A stretch of 63,327 nucleotides of DNA, the filler included, from Intoshia linei (taxonomy: Eukaryota; Animalia; Orthonectida), in NCBI GenBank assembly GCA_001642005.1. It is 6 parts of 6 records of this genome, joined end to end, with 100 filler letters (N's around TTAATTAATTAA, not from the genome) between each part and the next. Parts side by side here need not be neighbours in the genome. Positions count along the whole stretch, not along the records: positions 23,179 to 32,012 come from LWCA01001414.1; positions 32,113 to 54,018 come from LWCA01000615.1; 4 more parts are not named here. One strand, given 5' to 3'. Under the pieces are notes generated by a model. It was not told the origin of the DNA. It saw nothing but the letters and a program-made list of their open reading frames with translations, and did not search any database. The position numbers were made by a program, and so were the translations under genes. This document shows positions 26,005 to 39,500 of the stretch, in pieces (the first letter of the stretch is position 1; the number at the start of each line of letters is the position of its first letter).

Positions 26005-27637
26005 ATGAAAATTTGCAAAAACCTTGAATCACTTCTATTAGATAATGAAGAAAACAAAACAATATTTAATTTAATAGGAGAAAATAACTGGGTATTTGAT
26101 ATGTTTTAAAATTTTAGATATTAATAGTTGAGATATTATAATGAGACAAGGAAAACGCTTCTATTGCACATTGTGACACATTTTATCATTATTTTATAAA
26201 TATTTAAAATTTCATAATATAATTATTGCAATGTAAGCGCGTACATAATTTTAATAATTGAAATATCCCTAGAAAATGATATTTCTAGTATGAATGATAC
26301 ATATCATTTCATGTATTTTAACAACTTTGTAGACGTTGGCCACAACTGTAGCTCAAATCTTTACAGCAAAATTATCAGAAAAAACACTTAAATGGAAAAA
26401 AGTATGCTTTGGAGTAATAACATTTGTAAAAGATTGCAACGAAAAAGCATATTTTATCAGAGTTTGGAATGTTGGAGTAAATAACTGATTTATAATTAAA
26501 ATACTTCAATATAGCATCAACATTTGCTAGTAGAATTTGAAATCACGGTCAAAACTCTGTATACAATACTTGAAACATTTCATAAAGTTGTAATTCTGAA
26601 ACAAGTATATTATTAATTTTTAAAATTAATTTTGATTAGAATTTAATATATGGTTTTAACTTTGCCGACAGAGCTGAGAGTGCTTTTTTTGGAAAAACTG
26701 TTTCACTAAAAATATTAAAGTTGAAGCAATCAAAAAATAATGGAAAGGATCGATATATTTCCGGTTATATAAAAATTCTTTATTTTTAAATGTATTGATA
26801 GGACTACATGGTTTAATTAGAAGTACGTATTGTAAAGTTGTAAAGGCAAAAAATTTAAAAAAGCAGCCTAGTTTGAACGATATCAGTGAACCCAAAAATT
26901 TTATGCATGTAATGCATATGGGAGTAGATACTCAATTTACTTATGAGGTAATTTTTTACAATTTAAATTAAATTTTGTAAGGAAAACTTGAAGGAGAATA
27001 AAATGAAAAAATTGTGGGTATATATAAATATTTTTCAAATTAGTATAGATTTTATATGGGTGATTTGAACCTAAATACATCTTGTTCATTGCAACGCGAT
27101 CAAGAAATGGGTGAAAATAAAAACTTTAAATATATAGATAAAAATATAAAAAGAAAGAGTTATCCAGCACCATTACCTCCAAGACCAAAATGTATAACAA
27201 AATCTACTGAAGAACTGTGCCAGTATAGTGAAAATGAAGTGAATTTACCTCCACCAACAACTACCCAGTCAGATACGAATCTACACAATCTAACTACTAG
27301 AACAGTATTGATATTTATATACTCACTTATTTCCTTTAGAGCGAAATTGAGCAAGACCGTTTAAATATAGAAAACGCGATATCTCTAAAAAACGCTTTGA
27401 ATCAGGTATATTCCATAGTAATGTGCTCAACTTTTTAAATAGTATTGTACAGAATACTGAGTTTTTTTCAGTACCTTTAATGAGTACTTAGTTAAAAAAC
27501 TAAGTTGAACACACTATTCCATAGTACATATTTAATTTTCTATTTGATAGAGACATAACGAAATATTTGGTAATATTTATTTAATTTTATTTACATTACG
27601 CTTAGACGATTCTTCCAGTAATTGGAGTAAAAATTAA
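26005..27637 (+). CDS. WASp: WASP-family protein: WH1, basic region, CRIB, short Pro region, reduced VCA; ~10 exons
   Basis: SLLLDNEENKTIFNLIG | TLATTVAQIF..WKKVCFGVITFVKD..YFIRVW | YGFNFADRAES; CRIB ISEPKNFMHVMHMG; PAPLPPRP; LKNALNQRHNEIFDDSSSNWSKN*. Confidence 0.9.
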
Positions 27638-28082
27638 AACTTAAATATATTTGTACATTGTATTAAAATTAATATAAAAATATTAACAACAAAATTGGAG
27701 AGGTGACGGTATAATGTTACTAAAATTGTAATCCCCGTCGGCAGTTTAGTTCCGTCTCGACTCTAAAATTATGTTGTTAATATTTGGAGAAAAACCCTTT
27801 GTACCACTATATATAGTACACTATATTTAGGATCGTTGGTGAGCCAATAAATGTATTAGTTTATCATAATTTCGTTTACCGGGATTTAATCATCGTTTAT
27901 ATTATACATACATGTATAATGAAGGTATATGGAACCAAGATAAATAATAACAACAAATACATTAACCAATATGCGATATTAGTGTTATTAAAGGTAAAAC
28001 TAATTATATATCAATGGCTGCGTCTGAAAATATATGAAACTATCAAAAATTAATATAACTGAAAAACACTGCATGATAATTC

Positions 28083-28490
28083 ATGTATTCTGCCAAACTT
28101 CTTCAAGAAATAAATAAAAATAAAAATTTTAAATGGATCGATAAAAACCTAAAAAGAAAGAGTTACCTACCACCATTACCTCCAAGACCAAAATCTAGTG
28201 AAGAACTGTGCCAGTATTGTAGAAATAAAGTGAATTTATCTTCAAGAACTATCCAGTCAGATACGAATCTACACAATTTAACGACTAGAATAGTAATGTG
28301 TATACTCACTTGTTTTCTTTAGAGCGAAATTGAGCAAGACCGTTTAAATAAAGATAACGTGATATCTTTAAAAAAAGCTTTGGATCAGGTAAATTTTATT
28401 GTATAGTGTTCAACTTTTTTTTTTAGTTTTTATTCAAAAAGGTATTTTTTGTACTGACTGAGTACTGAGTTTGTTTCTGAGTACTTTATA
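28083..28490 (+). pseudogene. Partial tandem duplication of WASP 3' exons
   Basis: Parallels ~27115-27490 including the small intron and the next donor site; 12-nt in-frame deletion. Confidence 0.8.
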
Positions 28491-29291
28491 AAAATTACTT
28501 TTTTACAATAATTAAATAATAAAAAATTATTAATATTAATAAATAATTTATTATATTATTATAATTAATATATTATAATTATATATATGTGATTTATTGA
28601 AATCCATTTTTAATATTACTATCTCATTAGAAGCTTACAATTATAAAACGATATCAATACTGTTACCTTGTTTATTTAAAATTATAGAACATTTAGCTGA
28701 TATTAATAATAAATTCGTAGTATTAATTCCAGCAGTTACGAATCTGAGAAATAAAAAAAACGGTTCTGTAAATACATAAATGAGGTATCATTAGATGCAA
28801 TATATCTCATTTTGACCATGTCGATTCAAGCGAAATCTTTTTAATTACCTCTATATTTATTTGATAATATAAAAAAGGTATTAAAACATTTTGTTATCAT
28901 TACGAAAAAAAATGGCAATACTAATTTCTACGTAAAGGCGAATAATCACCAACGTTTTTTAAACAAATCAATCTAAAAAAATGATTTTAAAAGAGTCCAC
29001 AATATATAACAAGGGCTCAACCGTAAATTAATTTAGTATTTAATGATTTAATATAATATTATTACGGAGAAAAATGACTTAATCTAAACCTGAAGAAAAA
29101 ATCCATGTTTACCAAACGTAAAAAAAAATAGAGCAATGCATTTATTTCAGAATTAAATGGAGATTAACGCATAAAGTTAATGAAAGTAAGTCCGAATATT
29201 ACAAAAGTAATCATAAACCTCATTAATTTCATTAAATATTAATTAAACTAATTGTAATTCCTATTGTATTCACATGTTTTCCAATTGGGGG

Positions 29292-30680
29292 TGTCGTGAA
29301 AAATTTTATGCCTACCAATTGAACGATAATTGAGATCAATATAGAAACAACATTACACTAACAAAACAAAGTAATTGAGCAGTGACATAAGCACACATAA
29401 CAAGCAAAACATAAGCCAGATTAATTTTAGGTTAAATGACAGCCTGCAAAATGAACGAAATTTTGCATTATTATAAGCCAAAATTATACTATACTATTTT
29501 AGTCACAAATATTAACTAAAATTAAATTGGTAGGCATAAAATTTTTCACGACGGATTGGTGTTATCATTGAAAAATTTTCGACCTACCAAAAAGAATTTT
29601 TTTATACATAATTCACTCTGAACAGGCCATAAAAAACCCTTAAAAATTTTACCGTGCACTATTAGCGCTTCAACGCAAGATTTTTGAATGTTATCAGTTG
29701 ATGCAGAATAGATATTTAAAAAAAATACTATAAATAAATAATTCCTGAAAATTAAAAATTGATTTTGTTGTATAAAAATTAATAAGAAACCTATTTTACA
29801 ATAAAAAAGTTAATTTAGTCTAAATGCGTTTGAAAATTAAATTAAGCTATGTGTAAAAAAAGATACAATTCCTGAAGATTACGTTTTGAAACAATTGACA
29901 AGATTAGTTAAATTGAAAATTTAAATGAGAGCAATGATAAACAATTATCTAATTGATAATCAGCTCGAATTATAAAAAAAATTAAATTTTCAAAGATCAC
30001 ATTTAAATAACAATAAATCTCCTCAACAGGATATGTTTTAATTAAAAAATAATTTTAATCCCGTCGATAACAAACCGATCATAAAATCAAAGAAATTAAC
30101 ATTTGAAGTTTGTTTTAATAAATAAAAATAATTTGATAAGTATAATGTAAAAATTTACAAAATAAACTCAAATTTCTTTTCGGCGCACCGGTTGAACCTC
30201 TGCTTAACAGGAATACGAGAATTTATTTAAACACGTACTATTCATCAAAGACTGATAAAATTTCAAAATTTTGCGTTGAAGCCCAATAAAATTTATGAAA
30301 TGAATCACCGTAAAATTTTTAAGGTTTTTTTTTATGACCAGTTCAGAGTGAATTATATTTAAAAAATTTTTTTTTGGTAGGTCGAAAATTTTTCAATGAT
30401 AAAATCAATACGTCGTGAAAAATTTTATGCCTATCAAAATTTTATACCTACCCATTTAATTTTAGTTAATATTTGTGACTAAAATAGTATAGTATAATTT
30501 TGGCTTATAATAATACACAATTTCGTTTATTTTGCACGCTGTTATTTAACCTAAAATTAATCTAGCTTAAAATACACTGCTCAATTACTTTTTGTTAGTG
30601 TAATGCTGTTTCTATATTGATCTCAATTATCGTTTAATTGGTAGGTATAAAATTTTATAGGCATAAAATTTTTCACGGCA
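29292..30680. mobile_element. Non-autonomous element with ~400-bp TIRs, TG...CA ends, GGGG TSD (Ginger-like)
   Basis: gggg|tgtcgtgaaaaattttatgccta ... taggcataaaatttttcacggca|gggg; arms ~29292-29690 and ~30260-30680. Confidence 0.8.
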
Positions 30681-30835
30681 GGGGCCTAAAATAGTGCTTA
30701 TTCTACCAGACTTTCGAAATATCAATGAATACTTATTATTTAATGGTTTAAATTTTGAATTTTAACATAAAAATTTTTAACTTAGTTTTTTTACTGATAC
30801 TTACAGAGTATTAACATTTAAAAAGTACTTACTAA

Positions 30836-32012
30836 CCCTTTGAGGAATTTTGGATAAATTTTTAAAATATAAAATATTTATTTAAACATTTGTAGTAAGA
30901 TTAAATAATAGTATATATATTTAATATTATATATAATTAATAAGTAAGAATGATAAATTAAATAATAAATTACACAATGCATGTAAATGCAATCATTGCA
31001 GTAATGTCACATTTAATCAGTGCAATAATTTTAAATTCAATCAATAAATTTTTCTCAAATGTAAAAATTACAAGGCGAAATTATCATAATATTCTTTTAA
31101 GTAATATATAATTTTGATCCATTATCGTTTAATTACAAATTTTATGATGAATTATTTAAAATCTCTATTAAAATTCGACCCGCTGTCAGAAAGCGATGAG
31201 GAAATAATTGATATCATAGGTAATCAAATTAATCTGATATACATACAACAAATATAGAACTTGAAACTGAACCAATTGAACTATTGGAAGATGGATGCTC
31301 TCGAAATATAAAACTGATAAATTGACCTAAGTTTATGGGTAATAAGAATTAAAAAAACATTGGAACCTTTACATTCTGTGAATGATTATTTTCATCTCTT
31401 TTTTACGGAAGAATTAGTCAATTTTTTTATTCATCAACTAAATGCAAGAATAAAAAAAAATCAAAAAAGATAATTTTGTAAATAAAACCAAATATGAATA
31501 TGAAACAAGAGATGAGTTTATGAAATATATTTCATTATTAATATACATGGGCGTAATGAAATTACCTCAATTTAAACTATTTTGAACATCACCCATTTTC
31601 AAACAAATCAAAGTCATTGATACCATGTCTTATGTAAAATTTACTCTAATAAATTTAAATATATCTGGTTTACCCATGGAAAAATCAGATAAAAAAAGAA
31701 TTATACCTGAAGCAACATCAAAAATAATAACCTATATAAATGAACTGTGCCATCAAGTATATTCTTCCAGTGAAAATTTAAGTATCGATGAGGGCATCAT
31801 CAAATTTAAAGGCCGTGTTCACTTTAAAACGTATAACCCAATGAAGCCAATAAAAGTTGGATTGAAAATGTACATATGCGCAGATTCATCAAATGGGTTT
31901 GTAAATTCTATTATGTTATACACTGGAGATAGCAATACAACCATCAATATAATCGAAAATCTAACCAAAAATTATGAACATCAAAACCATAAATTATATA
32001 TGGATAACTATT
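30836..32012 (+). mobile_element. piggyBac transposase, degenerate, cut by contig end
   Basis: LSIDEGIIKFKGRVHFKTYNPMKPIKVGLK...LYMDNY (first two catalytic Asp motifs); upstream stops; ctaa-CCCTTT terminus. Confidence 0.92.
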
Positions 32013-32112
32013 NNNNNNNNNNNNNNNNNNNNNNNNNNNNNNNNNNNNNNNNNNNNTTAATTAATTAANNNNNNNNNNNNNNNNNNNNNNNNNNNNNNNN
32101 NNNNNNNNNNNN

Positions 32113-33699
32113 AGATTCAGAATGGATGTACCATCAAAGCCGCCACACACGTAAATTTTGTTCATATACACAACTGCAGAAGCATCACTGCGAACATAAT
32201 TCATACTTGTGCAATATGACCACATGTTTGTATTAATGTTGTATTTTTCCACTGATTTAAGCCGATCATTAGAATTATACCCACCCATAACGTAAATGTG
32301 TTTTTCTAAATATACAACCGAAGCGTAGCACCGTGCAACTTGCATATTTGCCAATTTTTCCATTTTAAATAAATCAAGGTTGTAACAATATAAAGTGGAA
32401 AGACATTCTTCACCGTTGTAACCTCCTATAATGTATATTTTTTTATGTATTTTTATTAATCCGTGATATGCAAAATGTAATTCTTTCTCATTTATAAACA
32501 ACTTTTTTTCTATTGTATGCCACACGTTTGTGTAAATGTTATAAATTTCAATTTCGTCACTTGGACCTTTCTCGTTCCATCCTCCCATTAATAACATTAC
32601 TTGATTTGGATAACGTTCTTCTCTTTTTTTTTTGATCAGCTTATGTTCTAAAACATAAATAAAAAAATTATTGTTTATTATAAAAAAAATATCTAAATCA
32701 ATGTTTCTTAGATTGGACCCACAGACATCTGGGTCTCCTAATTGTGTACTAATTATGTGTTATTAAGGACTATTTATAAGGGCCCCGCGAAATATTTTTC
32801 TTGAAATAGAGATCTATGGAGTTGTAAGTTTAAGAACCGCTGATTTAAGTTTAAAAAACAATACCTGTTGGTAAAGCATAATATTTACACAAATTCGAGT
32901 AAAACTGATCAACAAGATCTCGATTTATTGGATTAGAGTTATAAAAGTTGTTGAAAAACAATATATAAATGTGATTTGGATTTAATTGACTAAGGCGTAT
33001 ACAATTCAGAAGTGGTAGTATATATCTTTTCCTGTTAAACGGTTGATAGTTTAACCATATAACGATGGCCTTTAAAATTGACTCTTCTGATAAAACGTCC
33101 AGCATGTCGTCAGAGAGAAGTTTATAAATAAAATCAAAAGATAGATATTGTAAAATAATGAGTTGATTGGTTTTACGGGAATTCAATATTTCTCTATTAT
33201 AGTTTCGTTTATGAGGAATTGACTGCAATGTATCTTCAGCCTCTATAAAAAGATGACGATCAAATTCGAATTTAAAAAAGGAATACATTTTTTCCATCAA
33301 TCCTAAATGTTGAAAATCATAGCAAACTGTATAAAAATGTTGGAAATTTTTATATAAATTGGTGAATATATATTTAGAACAAATTTTTATCAATTCAAGA
33401 CAAATGAACCTGTCAGCAAATTTTAAGATTGTGGATACGTTATATATTGTTAAACGTTTTTCATTGTAATTTTCATAATTTAACACACCGTTTTTTTTCA
33501 ATTTCCCAATTTTTTTCAAAATCTTGATAAACAATTTTAAATCGTTAGTATCACATGGCCAGATTAAGTTGATGACTCCGTTGCTTTCCACGAACGTGTG
33601 TTGTCCAACTCTTTCAAAATATTTACTTACAATATTTAAATTGTTGGGGTCATACATTACTGCTGTACTGTTTGCAATTATTTTACAATTTTTCGTCAT
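32113..33699 (-). CDS. KLHL10: KLHL10-like BTB-BACK-Kelch protein, two exons, 3'-truncated
   Basis: BACK LLSDDMLDVLSEESILKAIVIWL; kelch MGGW..PSDEIEIY, AYHG, RCYASVV, RSDASA..IYVCGGFDG typical of KLHL10; divergent BTB. Confidence 0.85.
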
Positions 33700-34472
33700 T
33701 GTTAAATGTCAACGCAATAAAAAATTATTAAGTATGAACGCGTCTCGTTTTTAAGTGTTAACCTAGTTTTAATGTTTTCGTTGACACTGAGCACAAACTT
33801 ACCGCCTTTATACTTTTCCTTATACAATTAAAATTTTTATATTTAACACCGTTTTGTTTATTTATTTTTTTATTTATACAAATTACATTTCAACCCACGC
33901 TGGGAATTATTTTCATTTAGAGGGAATGTACATGTATTTGAAAAATATTAGTTGATATTATATAATATATTAATTATTATTTTTACCGGGAATGCGTAGA
34001 TTTCTGGAGTTGAAATTAAGTAGGGATATATGCATAAATTCAGTGGCTCTCAAACTTTTTGACCCGCGAGTGGTATTATCTGCTGTCACTGGCCGATGTA
34101 ATATAATTATTTTCTACGTTTAATTAAAATCGGCTGCATTGGTGGCCACTCATTTAAAGTATAATAATTTTATATCAGTGGTACCCGATTCAAACACGTC
34201 GTGTAAGTTACGGACCAAATTTCAAAATATTTTATATTTAAGTTTATTTAAGTTTTTTTTGACCCCAAAGCAAACATGAAATATAAAACATTTATAAAAA
34301 AATTAAAGGTTTTTCCTAATTAGATTAGTAGAAATAAAGTAATGTAAATAAAGTAAATGAAGTAAAATTTATCATGGCTACTTGAATGGAAGATAAAGAC
34401 TATATATAGACAATAAAGACTTATGAATGTTCATTAGAATTTTGGAAAAATTTTACAAATCATAAAGACAAT

Positions 34473-36301
34473 AAGGGTGTTTATGTTTTTTCGAGACATG
34501 GAAAATCAAAACAATTAAAATTGTGGAATTTATGATTTAGTTGCCAGTAATAAACCACTCAGTGTTGTCGGAAGTAAAATTTTGCAAAACAAGAATGATT
34601 TTGTTTACCCTACTGATGGAAATATAAAAAATTTCTTAGTGGGAGATTGATTATTATTTAATTCTATGTTTAAAAAAGTATACATTATTTAAAATTAAAA
34701 TAAATTTTTATTATTCATTTAATTCTCAGTTACAACTATATTATATATAATACTATGTAGGTGCACTATCAAAAGATCGTAAATCAAATTATAGTAAATC
34801 AAAACATCGTAAAATCACGTGATGGTAGTTTTTTGATCGTAAATCAAGATCGTAAAAAAATAAACTTATATATTTTCTGGTGTGAACACCATAGAATATT
34901 TTTATTTTTTTTTGTAATATGGTTTGTAGGTATAATATGGTATCTTAATACAGTCATGTTTCGTTAGTAAACAAAAACTAAGTTTTTATAAATGTTAAGA
35001 TTATTTATGCATCCTACTGTATTACACTATCAAAAAGTAATAAAAATTTTATGATAATACAGTTGCTCTAATTTAGAGCATAGTTAGAGTTAGTGGTAGT
35101 GTTAGAGGCTCTAACACCACCTTAATATTTATTACAGTTGAATATTACTGTTTACATTGTATTGCGTTGTATTGTAGTTGAATTGTAGATGTATGGAATC
35201 ATTGATAACATAGTAATGATAATCTGTGATACATGTAATGTGAATACGGGCAAAAAAATGAAGTTGTAAAAATGCTCAATGATAATGTTTTTAATACAAA
35301 AGTGGACTATTATGGGTGCCAACGCCATATATTGGATAGACTCATTAGAATATACATATTTGAAATATTTGACCCTATTACAATAAGTCCAAACATTAAC
35401 TACTCATTTGTATCACGGTTAATGTCGAATTATGACAACCTTAGTCAACAATACGTAGGAGAAATTGATGTACCACAAAGCACTATTTGGTGTAGAGGTG
35501 ATTATGCTGAATTAGAAAAATTAGTTAATTCCTATAAAATGTTAAAAGTTTTTGGAAATAAACCAAAAATAAAATTTAATAAATTTCCAAATCTCTCAAG
35601 TACTAGATGGAACATACGTGCTAATTTAGCTTTGAAAGCGTATATTCTTGGTTGTACGGATAACGGTTTAGAAATATGTTGTGATTTTATTGTGAATTCA
35701 TGGTTTGAAACATGGAAACATAGCGTATCTATAAATTCCCAATCAAAATTCTACGAAAAATTAGTGACTTCGCTTCATGGAATTTCAAAATGCATTGGGT
35801 TCTTAAATAAACATAAATATAGTTCTAAACCAAAACTAAATGTTCGACTAACAAATGAAATTTACGAGAGAACATTATCAAGACTAAATATTCTCAAAGA
35901 AAGGTCAAGAAATTTGATGAATTTGAGGAAAGAATTAATCATAAATGACATTTCAAAATTGAACTTATTATATAATTAAAAATTTCGAAAATGTCTGAAT
36001 ACTTTACAAGAAAATATGCAAACCCCTTTCTTTTGAATTTTTGTAAAAATTGTTATTTTTAGATAGTAATCTACAATTTTTAAATATAAATTTTACGAAA
36101 ATATGATAAATTAGCCAAATCATATTTGTTAAAAAATAAATTTTCAATATTTTTTTATTAAAAATTTCTTTTTCTTTGCGCAACTCAACCAGAAATTTTT
36201 GTATGAAAATTGAATTCACATAGTAGTTAAAATATGAATACTAGCTTAATTTTTCCTACCTCAACAAGAAACTCAAAATTTCTACTTTTTGAAACACCCT
36301 A
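34473..36301 (+). mobile_element. Degenerate hAT-type (hATm-like) transposon; ORF 35272-35979; nested MITE at ~34758-35100
   Basis: IICDTCNVNTG and YYGCQRHILDR (CxxH), SSTRWN, TNEIYER; termini agggtgttt / gaaacaccct. Confidence 0.7.
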
Positions 36302-36536
36302 ATGACCATATTAAATGCAAACATGACTATATAAATAGAGAACATCTATATTACTAATAATGATAATCGTACAATGTAATAAGAATTTCATTGAATAAAC
36401 CTTAATTGATTAAATTAAATAAATGTCATCAAATATGATCTGATATTAAGCATAAATTAAAAATAAAGTTAAAAAACCATTTCAAAAATGTTTTAAAAAT
36501 ATCGCGTTTATTTGAAATCTTGAAATTGAAAACAAA

Positions 36537-39500
36537 ATGAAAACATTTATTGAAAAAATGGGTAAAAGTATCAACGAAAAGGAACCAGACTATATTGATA
36601 TAATTAAACAGTGTAATTTAACCTTAAATTCATGTGAACCGCGAAATTTGATGGATTTGTGTACTCTTTACAATTTTATTGCATTTAGTTATTTAAAAAC
36701 TAAAATGTTCTGCAAAGCTCTGTTATTTTATCAATTTGAATGGAAAATATTAAAGTAATTGGATAGTTTACCATTTATAAATAAATTTTTTTAATTTTAG
36801 ACAAATTGAAAATTTTCCATTGATAGAAAAAATAAAATTATTCATATGCATATCGTACATCTTAAGCATATACGAACAATACGACAATGCGATAGATTGC
36901 ATAGACTCTGCGATTAAAGTTTATTCAAACACTCAACCCATGAATAATTCAATTCAATCCAATATTGAATTGTACATTTTCCTTTTAATTGCCAAAGCCG
37001 ATTTATTGTGTATAAAATCTAAAAATTTAAAAAATCTAAATGAAAACGAAAATGAGACTGTAAAACTAATAGTCAATGAAGCATTATCAATATACAACAA
37101 GTGTTTGACTATAATTGAATATTGTAATGATTTTTCAATGACTGAGTATCTTTCAAATGTAAAAATTCAAGTTGCTAAAGCATACTTGATACTCAATCAC
37201 ACCAAAAAAGCAAAAGAGTTGTTAAACTGTATCAGTATTGAAGAATCTTGCAGTTGGTACAAATGCATGTCATATAAAATGCACGATGCGATAGGGTGTA
37301 TTGAGGCTATGAATGAAAATTATGAGGAAGCCTTAGTTCATTTTACTAAGTGTGTAAAATTTGTTCAGTCTGACAATTTAAATTATTTATTAATTGCTTA
37401 TAATCGAATAGCCAACGTGTATACTCTTATGATGGAATGGAAAAACTCTTTAAGTTTTTATCATGAACAACTCAAATTAGTTACAGATAATTATGCTCGG
37501 AAAATGCTTTTTTTGGCAATTTCTAGAGCTTTTTTTAAATTAAATGATATTGACAATGGTGAAAAATATAAAAATCTTTTTGAAAAAATTCAAGTATCAA
37601 TTTTTTATATTTTTTTCATTTTTTTTAGGTCACGGAAATTGATCCTACATTGAATATTCCATTTTATTTCAATGATGATTTGGAAATTTATCACTCTTAT
37701 AATTTTTTTTCCTTAGAGTTTCTTTTTAAATACTAAATATTGTAGTGTTTTGATCATTTTACATTTTTTCATAACTTTTTATAATATTTTAATTCCATTT
37801 TTACTATCAATATTATAAAAACTACATATATTTCTTTTTAAATTGGTATTTTTGAGCAGAGTCAAATTTAGCACTCGAGGCCACCCGAAAATGAAAAATA
37901 GTCCCAACAAATCCGAATTGTAGTGTGATACCCATAGTCACCCTCTAAGGATCTTGATTTGAGATTTTAAATTTAACACACAAAATACTTACGATATCAT
38001 ACCAAAATCAATACAAAATGAACGCAATTTTTTGTGAAATTAATCGCATTCTTCTACTTTAGATGTGTTTTTTTAAGATTTTAAAGTTATCAACCAATTG
38101 TACCAAATTGTAATCCTTATTACATTATTTCAAAAATAATTTTAGTTTTTCAATACAATGTAATTAAAAAATTTTATTGTATGAATTGTATTACTAACAG
38201 TATGAGTTAAATTTTTTCTCAAGAATTCTAGAGAAAAAAGAAATTCTGACTCGAGAAATTGAAAGCACTAGTTTTACTGTATAACCGTAAAGTAATATTT
38301 TATTATTAAAAATCGGGTATAACAATATCTTCGATTGATGTTTTAATAGTTTTCAGATAATTTTCTACGTCTCCAAGATTCTAAGATGTGCAGTGAAATA
38401 TCAAAAAGAATTGGTCTAATTAAAAAATGATGAAACATCTTTTGTATTTTCCAAAGAATACTGTGTAATTTATACATCGATAAGTTATCTATTCAATTTT
38501 AAGTTAAAACTTTTATTTTTGGTTATTTAAAAATAGTACAATACAATACTGATCTCAAGTGATTTTAAGAATATATTTTTTTGATTGCTCAATTTATTAA
38601 AATGAGGACCCGAAGAGGGATATCGGATATGGTGGGTTGGAAACTGTTTTTGAAATCCACCTCTGTAATATGAATAACTTTTCTGTTTCGTACCTTGTAC
38701 GTTTTTTATTAACTGCATTTGATACATTTATCATTAAATTTGCTGGGTTATTGAAAACAGGTAATATAACATTTTAATACATTAAAAAATGGTTTATAAT
38801 TTTTATTATGTTGTGTTGGTCGCATAATTTCGTATAGGGTACAATGTCGAACACTGCAGTACAACATTAAAATGTTTAATATAACTTATTTGTTAGACCC
38901 ACCAAAGATACTATTCTGAGACGAAAAAGTATGGATAATATTGCTCCTGTTGATATTACTAGAATGGTAATTTTCTTTATGTAGAATTTTCAATGTATAG
39001 TTTGCAAGGTGATGGAATGCCAGCAGTAGGTTTGAAATCGGGACCAGATGGAAATTGTAGGCAGTTATAAATTTTTTTTTAAAAAATGGGACCTATATGC
39101 ATTGCTTAACATTATCCGTGTGCTAAAATTTGAAATTTGTTAGCATTTCTATATTTTCTAACTACTGGATATTAAACGTATAACACGCATAGTGTTAATG
39201 AATTGTTCATTATAATGAACAAATAATAAATAAATAAAACTAAAATTTTAGATAATTATCTAAAAATTACTAATTGAACTGTTAATACATTTTATTATAC
39301 GATAATTTTAGTATACTTATTCATAAATTAAAAAAATAAGCCCATCATGATTGTAGGCCCAGTCCAAATGACACCTAGCGCCCTCTACACAGCTCTGATA
39401 GTTTGTACATATACAATACTAGTACAAAGAGTGTAGTATTTATTTTGCATATTCAGTTGGTCAGTCATTAACATGTTTGCTCTAGGTGAAAATTACCTAT

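Noticed and set aside
12755-33699. Apparent cluster of sperm/cilia genes (TTC6, tektin, KLHL10)
   Set aside because: They are on different contigs joined artificially; linkage is unsupported
33524-33754. Short antisense ORFs in the track (also 4374, 16389, 26656, 27160, 47963)
   Set aside because: Shadows of real exons on the opposite strand, with no independent support
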